A stretch of 64,000 nucleotides of DNA, taken from positions 842,330 to 906,329 of the forward strand of contig NW_005434669.1 of assembly GCF_000315625.1 (NCBI RefSeq), written 5' to 3'. A program made the translations under genes and the position numbers. Of this stretch, positions 46,725 through 58,632 are shown piece after piece (the first letter of the stretch is position 1; every line of letters begins with the position of its first letter). Under the pieces are notes generated by a model. It worked only from the letters and a program-made list of their open reading frames with translations, was not told the origin of the DNA and searched no databases. Source of the stretch: Guillardia theta CCMP2712. Lineage: Eukaryota > Protista > Cryptophyta.

Positions 46725-47994
46725 TCACAGAAAATCTTTACAAAGCTCCTCCTCGTCCTCCTGCGAGAGCGAGTCTCCGCTGTTCAGACACAGGTTTTGC
46801 AGATAGTTCTGCCAAGCAAAGGTCAGACAGTCGCCCCTTCCTTCCTCGTCCACCTCCACATTCTTACCTCGACAATGGCGTCTACATTCATCGCTCTCCC
46901 GGACATGTTGGACTCACTCTCCGAATCATGGTCTATCAAATCGTCCCACTACAAGATCCCGTCACCGGTCGCAGCATGAAAGTTCACCTTCTCCTCACCT
47001 CCCATCGCACGTGCGCTGCCTCAGGCTTGCCCAAGATATAGTCGCTGAGCGCGTCGTAACAAGCCGGTTGTTTTGACAATTCTGCCTGAAAGACCTTCAA
47101 TACACCGAGAGGGGAAACATGTGGGAATGTGAGAGCAGAGTTGGACGAACAAAGGGGATGTGGATGTGCTAGAGCTGTACCTGATACCGGACGGTACAGT
47201 AGACGAGGATCCGGTGCTTGATCTCAGAAGGAGACTTCCGGCCTCAGTCAAGGAATGAAGTCGAGCACAAGGAGGCCTTACCAAGTCGTTGAGCTTCAAC
47301 AGGTCGTCTTCCAGTACTCCCGGTCCAACAGATTCCCAACCTGACCTGCAGGGAAAATGTCAAAGTCAATGTCCGCATTCACCTTCGCCCCGAGCATCCC
47401 TCTCCTTTTCCCTCCTTCCCCCACTAACACTACCAATCCCCCAAATCACCCTCCTCCTCCTCCTCTTCCCCCTGCTCCTCATCCTAAGAGAAGAACTCAC
47501 TCCGGGTCCCTCACGCAGTCGATCCTTCGCTCGTCTCTCGTCGTGTCTCCCGTCAACACACAGCCCGGAGTGTCCTGTGACTCCTCATACGATCCTGAAA
47601 CTCCTTCACCTCCTCCAGGAAGCGGCGTGACCACCCCGTACGCATCGACGAGGTTCCCGCTCAGCATCATCTTGTGTTGTATCCTGCACATGGCACATCC
47701 TCTTGCCATGGGCGACTTACACACCTTGCGGCAGGCACTCCCTGCTGACTTTCCAAATGCTGTCAACCTCAACCCATGGCGCGACGATCTGATGGCTCGA
47801 AGCTCTTGGTCGTAGGCGTCTTCCTGCATGTCTAAGGTCCTGTGCGCATCCTTTGACAACAGGACCAGCCCGACAAACGCCAACAATGATCCACAGAGAC
47901 ATGCTGCTGCTATTTTTCGCTGTGAACAGTTTCTCGTGGTGGGAGGGTGATGGGGATGAAGAATATCTACTTTGGATACTGCTCGAGATAGCAT
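46725..47994 (-). CDS. Hypothetical type II membrane protein with a Cys-rich segment
   Basis: TM segment IAAACLCGSLLAFVGLVLL; CRKVC..CAMC; terminal exons ARAMGGEEK|WDDLIDHD..AIVE|NYLQNLCLN..ELCKDFL*. Confidence 0.65.
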
Positions 47995-49538
47995 GGCTGG
48001 AATTTCCTTGATGTTCGGAAGTTAGAAAGGCTAAAAGAAGGAGGAGCCGAATAAGATGGATGAGGAAGAAAAGGAGGTTGATGCTAACAAGTTGAACTAG
48101 GAGGAGCAGAAGAAGGGGAGGGGCGACGAGGATCGGTCAACTACGACCTCGCACCATGTTCCCCGATATATCTCTCACCCTTCTAGAGAGAATGTTTGCT
48201 AGGTGACTGAGATGCCTTTTAATTTGAGTATATCTTTACTATGAGGCAGACCCGTCTTGTATTTGAGTGAAAAAATGTGAATGAAACCGGAATGATGGAT
48301 GGACTTTCGTTCTAGAAGGAGAAGGAGGGGTGGTCAGAATCTTGTGGGTAGGGGTATAAGAGGTGCACTGGATGCAAGGACCTGTCCGGGGGGTCAACAG
48401 ACAAGTACCGGTATCTCGAACATAAAAAGTGAGACAAATGTACGGGTAAATGAGCTTGGGAACTTGAAAGTGTAGGGGTAGGGGTTGTTAGAGCTTGCAG
48501 ATGTCAGGGTGGCAGCCCAGGGTGGTGAAGGGCACAGTGAAATTGGGTGGGGTGGGTATAGTGGGTGATTGGGTTGCTAGCACACGATGGTCCACGTGCG
48601 GGGTAGGATGGCAGTTGGCGGAAGGAGGAGAAGGAGGAGGGCAAAGGAGGTAGTTAGATGGATCCATGGACACAAGGAGACGAGGTGGGGAAGAATAGTG
48701 CAAGCTAAAGTGCTCTGGATGACACTTGTGTCAATGATGTGGCAGACAAGGGGTTTTATGTGCAGAGATCTAGCGGGATGAGTTCTGGTAGGCAGTGGAA
48801 AAAGCAAGTTCAGAGACGCAGAGAAGAATTTGAGATACCACTCTGTGAGCTTCACCTATAGAACTAGGAAACGAAGTAGTGCTTCTCGTATGTTAACCTA
48901 GATTTCGCTCAGTCGGTTGCAAGGGAACATGTTCCTTTGAACCTATCGCATCCATGCGGTGCGCAGACTTTCTGCAAACATGGAGGTCAACCAGGCGACA
49001 GGATGAAACAATCATAGGTGATGTTCAACGTAGACAGAGAGCGTGAGCCGAAGGCAGGAACTGGACAGACGAGGGGTTAGGAGTTTGTTCGATGCCATTC
49101 GTTCATAATTCGACAGCGCATGCCAGTCGTTCTTTGATTGACTCTCTTGACAGCACTGAATCACGGATTTGTCGTCCATTCCTGTCATTTCATCGTCGAT
49201 TGTTGTCGATGGGAAGTCGGCTTCATCATACCATCGCAAAGCTGCGACTTTGCATTTACCCGTCAACTGTACGTGACGCGATCAGGGCTGGAATGAAATG
49301 GTGAACCGCGCTGATGCTCTTCATCCCTCTCTCCTGTGGTCTGATTTTATCTGCAGCAACTCCAGCTCACATCGAGTGGAGAAGAACATGTCGGCGAGCT
49401 GGATAGCTCTCAACTTGGAGAACAAAGCGCTCCTGTCAAAGTTGTTCTTGAAGGAGAGCAATGGCTCAATGGCCTTGAGGAGGGTCAGCCGTTTCAGCAA
49501 GGAACAGCAGGGCGTGAGTCGGTGAGAAAGTTTTCATT

Positions 49539-52108
49539 ATGGGTGTCTGCACTGAATGCCATGACATTGCTCGTAGTTGTCTCCACATGGCAAGGGGGCC
49601 GGGGGAACAAGGGGCAGCTGTCTCTACCATGATCAGAGTCAAGAGTTTTCCTTGGGGGTCTCAAAGACAGAATCTGACTCAGATCCGAATGTTTACTGCT
49701 GGGAACGGATCTCAATCCGCAAGGAGTTCTTCGTCGTGGGGATACATTCTGGCGTTGTCGGTAGCTGCTGGGACAGGATCTTACTTGATCCATGAAAGAC
49801 TGAACAAGCAGTCGAACGTTGAAGCAAGTCGCTTGCATCCTTTCGAGGTCAAGAGCTCCTCTCCTGTACTTGTCGCTAACGTTGCTACTGATGGCAGGAA
49901 ATCAGCCCTGAAGACTTCGAGCACCCGTTCAAGAAACGACCAATCTGGTTCCGCATGTGGATCGTTACCAAGCGCCTGCTGTTCTTGATCGTGACCTTCA
50001 CCCCCTTCGCCTTCATCACGTTTCAGTACCTCATGGATCAGAGCGAAAAGACGCGTGAGAGGTGGCTGAACTCGCTGGTTTCGACCTTCGAGGCTGCTGG
50101 CTGCAGGTGAGACTGAGGGTTCTGAGACGTCGGTGTTGACCCCTCGTGTCTCGTCAGCTTTCAGAAGTTTGGGCAGTGGATGTCGATGAGGCCTGACATG
50201 CTCCCTCCTGACGTGATAGAGGCATTCAGCAAGCTCCGGGAGGATGTTCCACAGGCAAGCATGCGCAGCTACTCCTTTGAGAGCTCGTGACGGTGGCTGC
50301 AGCACGACATGGCTCACAACGAGACCGTCATTCAAGAGTCTCTTGGCAAGTCCATCGATGACGTGTTCGAGTTCTTCGACCCCCGGCCGGTGGCGAGCGG
50401 GACAGTCGCGCAAGTCCACCGGGCGCGCCTCCGGGCGGAGATGACCCAGAGCGGGCAGGCGATGGATGTGGCTGTCAAGATTCGACATCCGAATGTACTT
50501 GACGATGATACTCGTCATGGCTGAGGAGCCTGCTGAATGATCTGAACGCGTGCTGCAGGTCGTTGACGAGACCTTCGTCGACATTGACTTGATCTTTGCG
50601 TTTGTAAATACTCTGGGAGAAGTTGCCGGCCACTTGACAATTCCGTTCAAGAAGGACGAGTTTCATTCTGTGCTTCAGGTCAACCAAACACTCCCCTCCT
50701 CCCTCGATCTACCCCATCGCTCGCATCCTTCTCCTTCCCCCAACTTTAAATGCTCCAGCCTTCTCACTTTTGTCCCATGTCCCACCTAACGAGCTTTCAT
50801 TTGTCAGCGTCAAGTCGACTTTCGATGGGAGGGTTACAACCTGACGAAGTTTGGGAACAACTTCAAGTGCTTGAGCTATGAAGAGTTTGCCGACCATGAC
50901 GTCAGCAAGGAGATTTTTTTTCCAGAGGTGAGTACAAGGACTTGCCGGGGACGTCGGTGCTTGTCAAGTAATCCTGGGCCTTGCACAGGTACATCACCAT
51001 CTCGTCTCTCCTAGTTTGCTCGTAGAGTCATGGGCTCCGGGGAAGGTGAAGCGAATCGATGAGGCAGCATGCCAAGGCTGACGAGTGTTGCAATGCAGAC
51101 AGTTGCACAGTACTTCTCTGAGCTGGGAGAAGGTGAAGTTTTGACTATTTTGACCTCGGGCAATGCAGTGGGTGCCTCCTGACCAACCTTCAGGTTTTGT
51201 GCAGATCTCCGAGGGCAAGGGGCTAAGGAACCCGGTATTCGACAAGAAAGTGCATACCATGAAACGGGAACTTGCGAGCCTGTGAGCTTTGCCTCCGCGG
51301 TCCGAGGAGCAGCGGGACTGAGTGTTTGACGTGCAGGATATACGATGGGGTTATGAAGATGTTTTTGCGCGACAACTACATTCACGGGGATCTGCATGGA
51401 GGGAACATCCTTTACTCTCAGGTCTTTCCCCTCCCTCTGCCCCCACCTCCTGCCTGCGCCGTGTCTCACGAGCCTTGTCCTTGCAGCAAGACGGCAAGGT
51501 TACCATCCTCGATGCGGGAGTGGTCGTCGCCATCGACCCGCACTGGCGCGAGAAGGTGGCAGAGTCGCTCGAGGCAAGGAGCGATTTGACGTGTTGGCCG
51601 CGCAGTTTCATGACTTTCTCTTCTCGCTCTGCACGGGGAACGTCCGAACTCTCACGCAGAGGTGAAGGCGGGCGTGCAGAACTTGCTATCGTGCCATCCC
51701 TGTTTACGACTGCCGGCTGCCTTCCCCCTGTACCTTTGTTCCTCCTGTATCTTTGTTCCTCTACCTTTGTTCCTCTATGTTTGTTCCTCATCCCCCTTCC
51801 CATTCCTCTGCTCCTTCCGATACTTTCAGTCCCCGCTTCTCCTACTCCCATCCTTCTCCTTCGACTGGTGACGCCTTGTTTCCACGCTGTTTTTCGCGCC
51901 CTCCACCGGCAACAGCCCCAGCTGAACCCTTGCTGTGTGCAGGCTCTTGGAGTTCAACGAAGCCAAGGAGGTGGACGAGAAGTCGTTCGCTCAAGACATC
52001 CGGGCAACTACTGAGGTGAGCGAGGAGGACGTGGTGGCGGTTGCGGTGGCTGTGGTGATGGAGGAGGAGGAGCAGGAGGAGGAGGAGGATCGGGAGGGGG
52101 GGGGGGGG

Positions 52109-52195
<87 letters not shown>

Positions 52196-52710
52196 AGTGC
52201 GCCCCCGTCACAATGCGCCTGCAGAAATGGATCGGCATTGGCAACAGGGCCCCCAACGGTGGCCCGGTGATGCTCGGGGACTTTGTCGGGGAGATTTTGT
52301 TCAAGATCCAGAAGCATCACCTGCATCTGCGGGGCGACGTTGCCTCTACGATCGTAACCATGAGCCTGGTAAGCCACCTGTGCTCTTTCTCCATCGCTCC
52401 TCGTGGAAGCCCTGCTGCCCTTGTGTCCTTGCTGCCGAAAAGATCCTCTCCCCACTTTCCTCCCATCTCCTTCTCACGTCTTCTTCGTTCCCTCCACTGC
52501 GTAACTGCCCCAGAACTCTGCTGCTGCTGCTGCTGCCTGATGTGCTGAACTCAGGTGGAGGGGCTAGTCAAGCAACTGGATCCTGAGTTCGACGTGGTGG
52601 GGGCGGCAATCCCTTACTTTGCTCGCTATGCCCTGGCGCCTGCCACCTCCTTCGGCATGCCCAGCTCTCCTCTCGAGCCCGAACCTCACGCCTTCCCCCT
52701 CCTCGACTGA
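49539..52710 (+). CDS. ABC1/UbiB atypical kinase (ADCK2-like, probably mitochondrial); start approximate
   Basis: FQKFGQWMSMRPDMLP (KxGQ motif), PVASGTVAQVHRARL, VAVKIRHP, IHGDLHGGNIL, VTILDAG, VEGLVKQLDPEFDVV; TGA at 52710. Confidence 0.92.
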
Positions 52711-52714
52711 AGCA

Positions 52715-52960
52715 CGGGCCGGGTCACCAGTGACTCATGACGCCGTGACTCGGATACCGCACTAATGATCGTCGGGTGAACTTCGGAAGCCGCGCTGACT
52801 CTGGGGGCCTCCGACCTCTCATGATAGACGTTCATGATCGACCTCTCATGATACTTGCACTTCATGATAGAATCGCAGGCTGTTTCCAGTCGGGGTGACA
52901 GCAGCGTCACTGTTGAAGTCAACGTGACGGTGACCGCCACTGGCACAGTGGCACGGTTGC
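52715..52960. promoter_or_regulatory. Intergenic island G with clustered TCATGA sites
   Basis: Starts about 5 bp after the kinase stop codon; TGACTC, GAACTTCGGAAG and five TCATGA sites. Confidence 0.45.
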
Positions 52961-53619
52961 GCCTGCATTCAAGTTGCCAAATTTTCCTTCCCAATGCTTT
53001 TTTTGTACTGAACAAAGTGAGTCCTGACGCCTCATCACTCCCGGAATGGTCGATACGGAATCAAGAAGGGTAGGGGTAGTGACCCACCTATACATATACC
53101 TCTTCAAATACCTAGAAATGACCGGTCAGATGACCTAGGGGTAGAGGTGTTTCAAAATAGGCTAGCTGATTGTGTTTCAGACTCAGAGGATTGCTGTGAG
53201 GGGGGGTGGGGTACTCGGAAGGCGCGTTTTGACCCAAACCGGCCATCAGGGGGGTGGGTATTCGTTCTTGTGGAGGGGTGGATTTGAATGGGATTTGACA
53301 ACTGAAGAGCAGGGTGGGGTAGGAAGAACTTTGGGGGTAGGGGGGGCTTGCGAAAGTGTACGTTGGGAAGGGGTGGTGGTGATGGGATGATGGGGGTACC
53401 TTTGCATAGTCTCGGGGGGGTAGTGGGGGAGGCAGGTTTACAAGACACGATGGGCTCAAAGTTGGAGAGGAGGAAGAGGAGGAGCTAAGGGAACACGGCC
53501 GGGCGACTATTCCAGCGAGAGGAGAGGCGAATGGAGGAGAGGAGAGAGGAGGAGAGGAGAGAGGAGGAGAGGAGATCAGCAGGGGTATCCTCTTCCTCCA
53601 TCCGGATACTTGCCTGCCT

Positions 53620-56600
53620 ATGAAGGAGAAAGGAGCTCTGGAAGGAATGTGGGCATGGGCCGAGACTTTCTCTCAAAGTTTGGTCCAGAAGATCAAGTTG
53701 GAGGAGCCGGATATGCACTCTAGGCTGGTCCTCGTGAGGAAGAAGAAAACCGAGGAAGTGCTGCAGAGGAGGCACGGCACAGCGCGTGATGACTCCAGTA
53801 GGGCGAACGGACATAGAACTGTCCTGCGAATGAAGCCGCACGAAGAAGAATCGATGCCTTCGGGTAACGATGCTCAGAGGCAGGACGAGCAGGATGCTGG
53901 CGGAGAGGAGGCGAATCGTACCACGGAAATACGAGCCACGGCAGTGAACAAGCCTTCGGAGAGTCAGATGCGGATCATTCGTAAAAGTCGCAATCTGGAC
54001 GAGCTGAATGACTGGCTTAGTGCTGTGAGGGAGAGAGCAGGTGTGTGGTAGATATGCTTCGTCCTCCCCTCCCCCGCCTTGTTTCCTCCCTTTCCCTACC
54101 TCCTGCCCCTTCCTCGCCCTCCCTCCCTCCCTACCTACCTACCTACCTACCTACCTCCCGCTCTGCCTCTTCCTTCCTCTCTCAACACAACTTGTGATGC
54201 CTCTCTGCTGTACCATCACAAGCATGCACGCACACCCCGCTCCTTCCTTTGCAATAGCTCTCCTCCTGTCCCCCATCTTTGTGCGTCATGCAGCTGGTAG
54301 ATTCATGTTCTATCGTGACTGAGCTACCGCGCAGACCGTGCCATGGAGATTGAAGAGGCACTGAGCTCAAGGATTCGTGAGCTAGAGGATGAGAAAGGTG
54401 ACGAGCAGCGATCGCATGCTCGCTCTTCAGGTCTCTCTCGCTCGCAAGCTCCCTCAGAGGCAAGTGGGAGGAGAAGCTTGTTGAGGGAACAATCCCCAAG
54501 TCAGAGAATGTCCAACAGGGATGGGAGGAACGGAAAGAATGGAGGAGGAGAGCGAAGTGATGATGATGAAAACTCGGAGGAATGGGATGAGGATGATATG
54601 GAAGGATCGATGGCGGAAAGGAATGGTGGCCATCATGAATTTTTTCACCATGGAGGTGGGCAAGACGATCCAAGTGTAAGTGGGAGCTATGTAGATGAGG
54701 AGGACGATTTGGAAGAGAATGAGGAGGACGATTTCGATGAAGAGCGAGAGATCTCTGAGTTGTTGCATGAAAGAGACGTTAATGGGGATGAAAATGGTAG
54801 CAATGCTCGATCATCGGGGGAGGAGGAGGAGGAGGAGGAGGANNNNNNNNNNNNNNNNNNNNNNNNNNNNNNNNNNNNNNNNNNNNNNNNNNNNNNNNNN
54901 NNNNNNNNNNNNNNNNNNNNNNNNNNNNNNNNNNNNNNNNNNGAGGAGGAGGAGGAGGTCTCTATGAACGGGAGGAGGAAGGCGAATAGTCGAGGAGCCA
55001 TCCAGGAGGAAGCGTGTGGCGTTGGAATTGTGCTCCAGGAGTACTCCGATAGGACAGTGCGGGTGGTGCACGTGCACGAGGACAGCCCGGCAGGACGGGA
55101 AGGGAACGTGCAGGTCGGGGACATACTGAAGAGGATCGGGGAGGAGGAGGTGTACAGGAAAAGCATTTCCCAAGTCGCTCCCCGCATCTTGGGAAAGAGA
55201 GGGACCGTGCTTCGGCTCGGGCTGCTGCGGCAGGTGGAGGGACAATGGAAGGAGATGGCGGTGAGTTGAGGGATTGGGAGCAAAAACGGAACAAAGGAAA
55301 TGGCGAGTGGGGGAGGAGGAGGAGGATGAAGTTGAGGAGGGGATGGAGTCGTCTGAGTTTTTGTTGCAGATTTCGCTGCGGCGTGAGCCCAGGCATGCTG
55401 CACGGGCTAACGGAGGACAGCAGCAGCAGGAGGATGAAGACGAGGACGTGGACCATGGAGAGGAAGAGGAGGAAGAACAGCAACAGGAATCAAAGAATGG
55501 TCACCTCAACAACAAACTTGGTAACGGAAGAGACGATGATTGGAGAAGCTCGTCAAGAAGCAACAACAGCGTTTCCTCGAGAGGAGGAGGAGGAGGAGGA
55601 GGAGGAGGGAGTGTATCCTCGCATACCAGGTCGCAGAGGAGCGAGAAGCATGCACGAGCTAGCGACTCGCTCTCACAGGCGTCGTCGCGTCGCTCGAGCA
55701 GCTCCAAGTTGTCCAGCAGGAGCGGAACAAGCCGACAGTCAGCCCGAGGAGGGGAGACGGGGAGAGAGGAACGGGGAGGAGAGAGCGAGAGATCATCAGG
55801 AGGATCGGCTTCATCGCTGACAGCAGCAGACCGTTGCCTGCTCCACTTCGCCTTCTTCGGCAAACTAGCAGAGCAGATGCAGGACCTGCCCAACGTGCTG
55901 CTGGACCTGGAGGTCCCGTTGCCCCCCGTGGACGAGCAGTGGCTGCTGATGGAGCTGGAAAAGAGGATGCGGATGTGCGACGATGAAACCTCCTCCTCCG
56001 TCACCGAGGGATTCATCTCCGACACGAGCAGCGTGGCGGGGAGTGCGGGATGGTCGGACGGCAGCGTGCAGGAGATGCAACAGGGGAAAGGGAGAGGAGG
56101 AAGGAAGGAAGCAGGGAGGAAGCGGGTGGGAATCGAAGACTATCTGCTAGGGAGGACGAACCCGCAAGTGGACATGAGGAGGAGGGAGCGGAGCACGGGG
56201 AGGAAGAGGATGAGCGGGACACTGTGCGTGAGGAGGAAGAAGGAGGGAGTGGCTGTGTGGCACCGGAGATTCTTCGTGCTCTTTGACAGCCTCGAGCTGG
56301 TTTCCTTTAGATCGAAGCGCAGGTTCGAGCGTGGAGAACCCCCCGAAGCGAGGAGGGTCATAGCGGGGAACAAGGTGGGTGCGATGCCCAGCAGCTTCCA
56401 GCAGCGGCACAGCTTCTTCCTGTCAAGGAGGGAGAAGGGAGGAGGGAACATGCTGGTCTTGTCCGCCCCGTCCGAGGCTGCGCGGCGAGCATGGATTGAT
56501 CAGATCGCTCTGCTGTGCTCGGAGGAGACCATCCACATGAAGAGGATGTGGGAGGAGGAGGGGCTGGCGCCTGACGCGTCTGCTGCCAAGATCGTCGACT

Positions 56601-57072
56601 TTCTGCTCGACCTCAACGCTGACGTCAACTGTCAGAATCGCAGGGGCTGCTCCCCCCTCCACTTCGCAGCTCAGAACGGAGACGTCGCCTCCTGCCGTGC
56701 GCTGCTGCTTGCTTCCTCGGGCCTGAGGTGGAGCAGAACAGAAAGGGGGGAGGGGGGGGGAGGAAGAGGAAGAGAATAGGGAAGGAGGAGGGGGAGGAGG
56801 CATACAGGAAAAGGAGATGACGCAATTTTTCGCAGGTTAGAGGCGAAGGATGAAGATGGGCTCACTGCACAGGTTGGTATCCCCCCGCTTGCAAGAGAGG
56901 AAGGAGGGTAGGGAGAGTGCGAAGAACGGGGACGGAGGAGGAGGAGGAGGAGGAGGAGGAGGAGGAAAGCTGATACGTTGAGCAGAAGATTGCAAAGAAG
57001 GCTAGGAACCTGGAGATTGAGGCGTTGATCAAAGACGCGATGGAGAATGAGGAGCAAGAGATTGTTCTTTGA
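53620..57072 (+). CDS. Scaffold protein with acidic low-complexity region, PDZ, PH and ankyrin repeats; spans an N gap
   Basis: PDZ CGVGIVL..VRVVHVHEDSPAGREGNVQVGDILKRI..ILGKRGTVLRL; PH MSGTLCVR..WHRRFFVL..LVLSAPSEAARRAWIDQI; ANK ADVNCQNRRGCSPLHFAAQNGD and DEDGLTAQ|KIAKKARNLEIEALI..EIVL* at 57072. Confidence 0.82.
54843..54942. other. Assembly gap (100 N)
   Basis: 100 N flanked by (GAG)n on both sides. Confidence 0.99.
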
Positions 57073-57217
57073 GCCTCCTCTTATTATTATCACATGTGAA
57101 AACGATCCCCGTGTGAGAAAGAGAAGCGCTGGAGCAGGAGCAGGAGGAAGAAGATGTGAGGTGATGGGGAGCGAGCGAGCGAGCGAGCGAGGGCATGGCA
57201 ACGGAGACTGGGGCAGG

Positions 57218-57681
57218 TCAAGGAGTGCCGTACTGATCGGTAAGAGGAAGAGCTTGAATCTGCTTGATGAGCTTCGGCCATGATGGCGGGCCAACAGTCC
57301 TCGCTCCGACCTGCTCCTCCGTCAGTGCCTTGATTCTTGCAGCCTCTGTATCCTCTATGCTCCATCCTCTCCCCCTCCTACCCTCAAATCTGATCCCTCT
57401 TGTCTCATTCTAAACATCTTCCTGCACTGCTTTGCTGCTCATCGTCTCCTCGCTCCTGACCCTCCTCCTCCTCCTCCTCCTCCTCCTCCTCCTCCTCCTC
57501 CTCCTCCTCCTCACCCTCGCCCTCACCCTCATCCGCACTCTCATCCCATCCATCTCTTCCTCCCCCTCCCTCTCCCTCCCTTCGCTTCACCTTGCCGTCC
57601 TTGCGCACGATAAAAACACGGAGGAAGCGATCCTATGCACGGCATGTAAGGAGGAGATGAAAGGAGGAGATATACGGGTGC

Positions 57682-57723
<42 letters not shown>

Positions 57724-57920
57724 CAGCGTCTTCTAGTATCACCTTCTCAACCGGAATGGCCTCTTTCCTCCTCTCAGCTGCTAAGGCCCTTTCACTAGAG
57801 GAAGAGTTTTAGTGAGGGTTCAGGGAATAAAAGGCTATTGCTACGAGAGCGGCGATCGCTACCAGAGGGTAAAGAGCAGAGGTGAAGCAGGAGGTGGAGG
57901 TAGAGGAAGACGTAGAGGTA

Positions 57921-57955
<35 letters not shown>

Positions 57956-58519
57956 GGTGCAGCAGCAGCAGCAGCAGCAGGGCACCTTTGGAGCCAATTG
58001 GTCCAGTCCTCAACTTGCTGTGGGCGGATGAGAAAAGGATCCCATTGACCGGTAGAGCTGCTCTCCTTCATGGCCTGGTGGAGGGTAAGCAGAAAGCCAG
58101 ATAGGGGAGGAGGAGGGGAAGTGAAAATGGCATGCAGGAGCAGGAGCAGGAGCAGGAGCACGAGCAGGAGCAGCACGGGGAGGTAGCAAGGAGCAGGCAC
58201 TGCTGCAGGTTCACCTTCCAACCGGCCGAGTCGTCCTTGAGGTCAGTGAAGACAGGGACGACGCTGACGTCGTTCTTCTTGAGCTCCTTTAGGGCAGACC
58301 GTGAGACCAATGGAGCAGGAGCAGCGGGCGAGGAGGGAGGGAGAGGAAGCGAGCAGGTGGAGTGGAGAGATCGGAGCGGGGAGGGAGGGAGAGGAAGGGA
58401 GCAGGTGGAGTGGAGAGATCGGAGGAGGGAGACGGGGGGATGTGGAGATAGAAAAAGTAGAGCAGCAAAGGGGAAATTAGGAGAAGGAAAGAAAAATGGA
58501 GACGAGGACGAGCACGAGC

Positions 58520-58554
<35 letters not shown>

Positions 58555-58597
58555 CACGAGGACGAGGACGAGCACGAGGACGAGGACGAGGACGAGG

Positions 58598-58632
<35 letters not shown>

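Noticed and set aside
48940-49525. Possible extra gene or 5' exons upstream of the ABC1 kinase
   Set aside because: Could not assemble a consistent spliced frame or recognise a domain; left unannotated
57047-57283. Apparent antisense coding overlap of the PDZ-PH-ANK and LPA1-like genes
   Set aside because: Correct splicing ends the plus gene at 57072 and the minus gene at 57218, so the coding regions do not overlap
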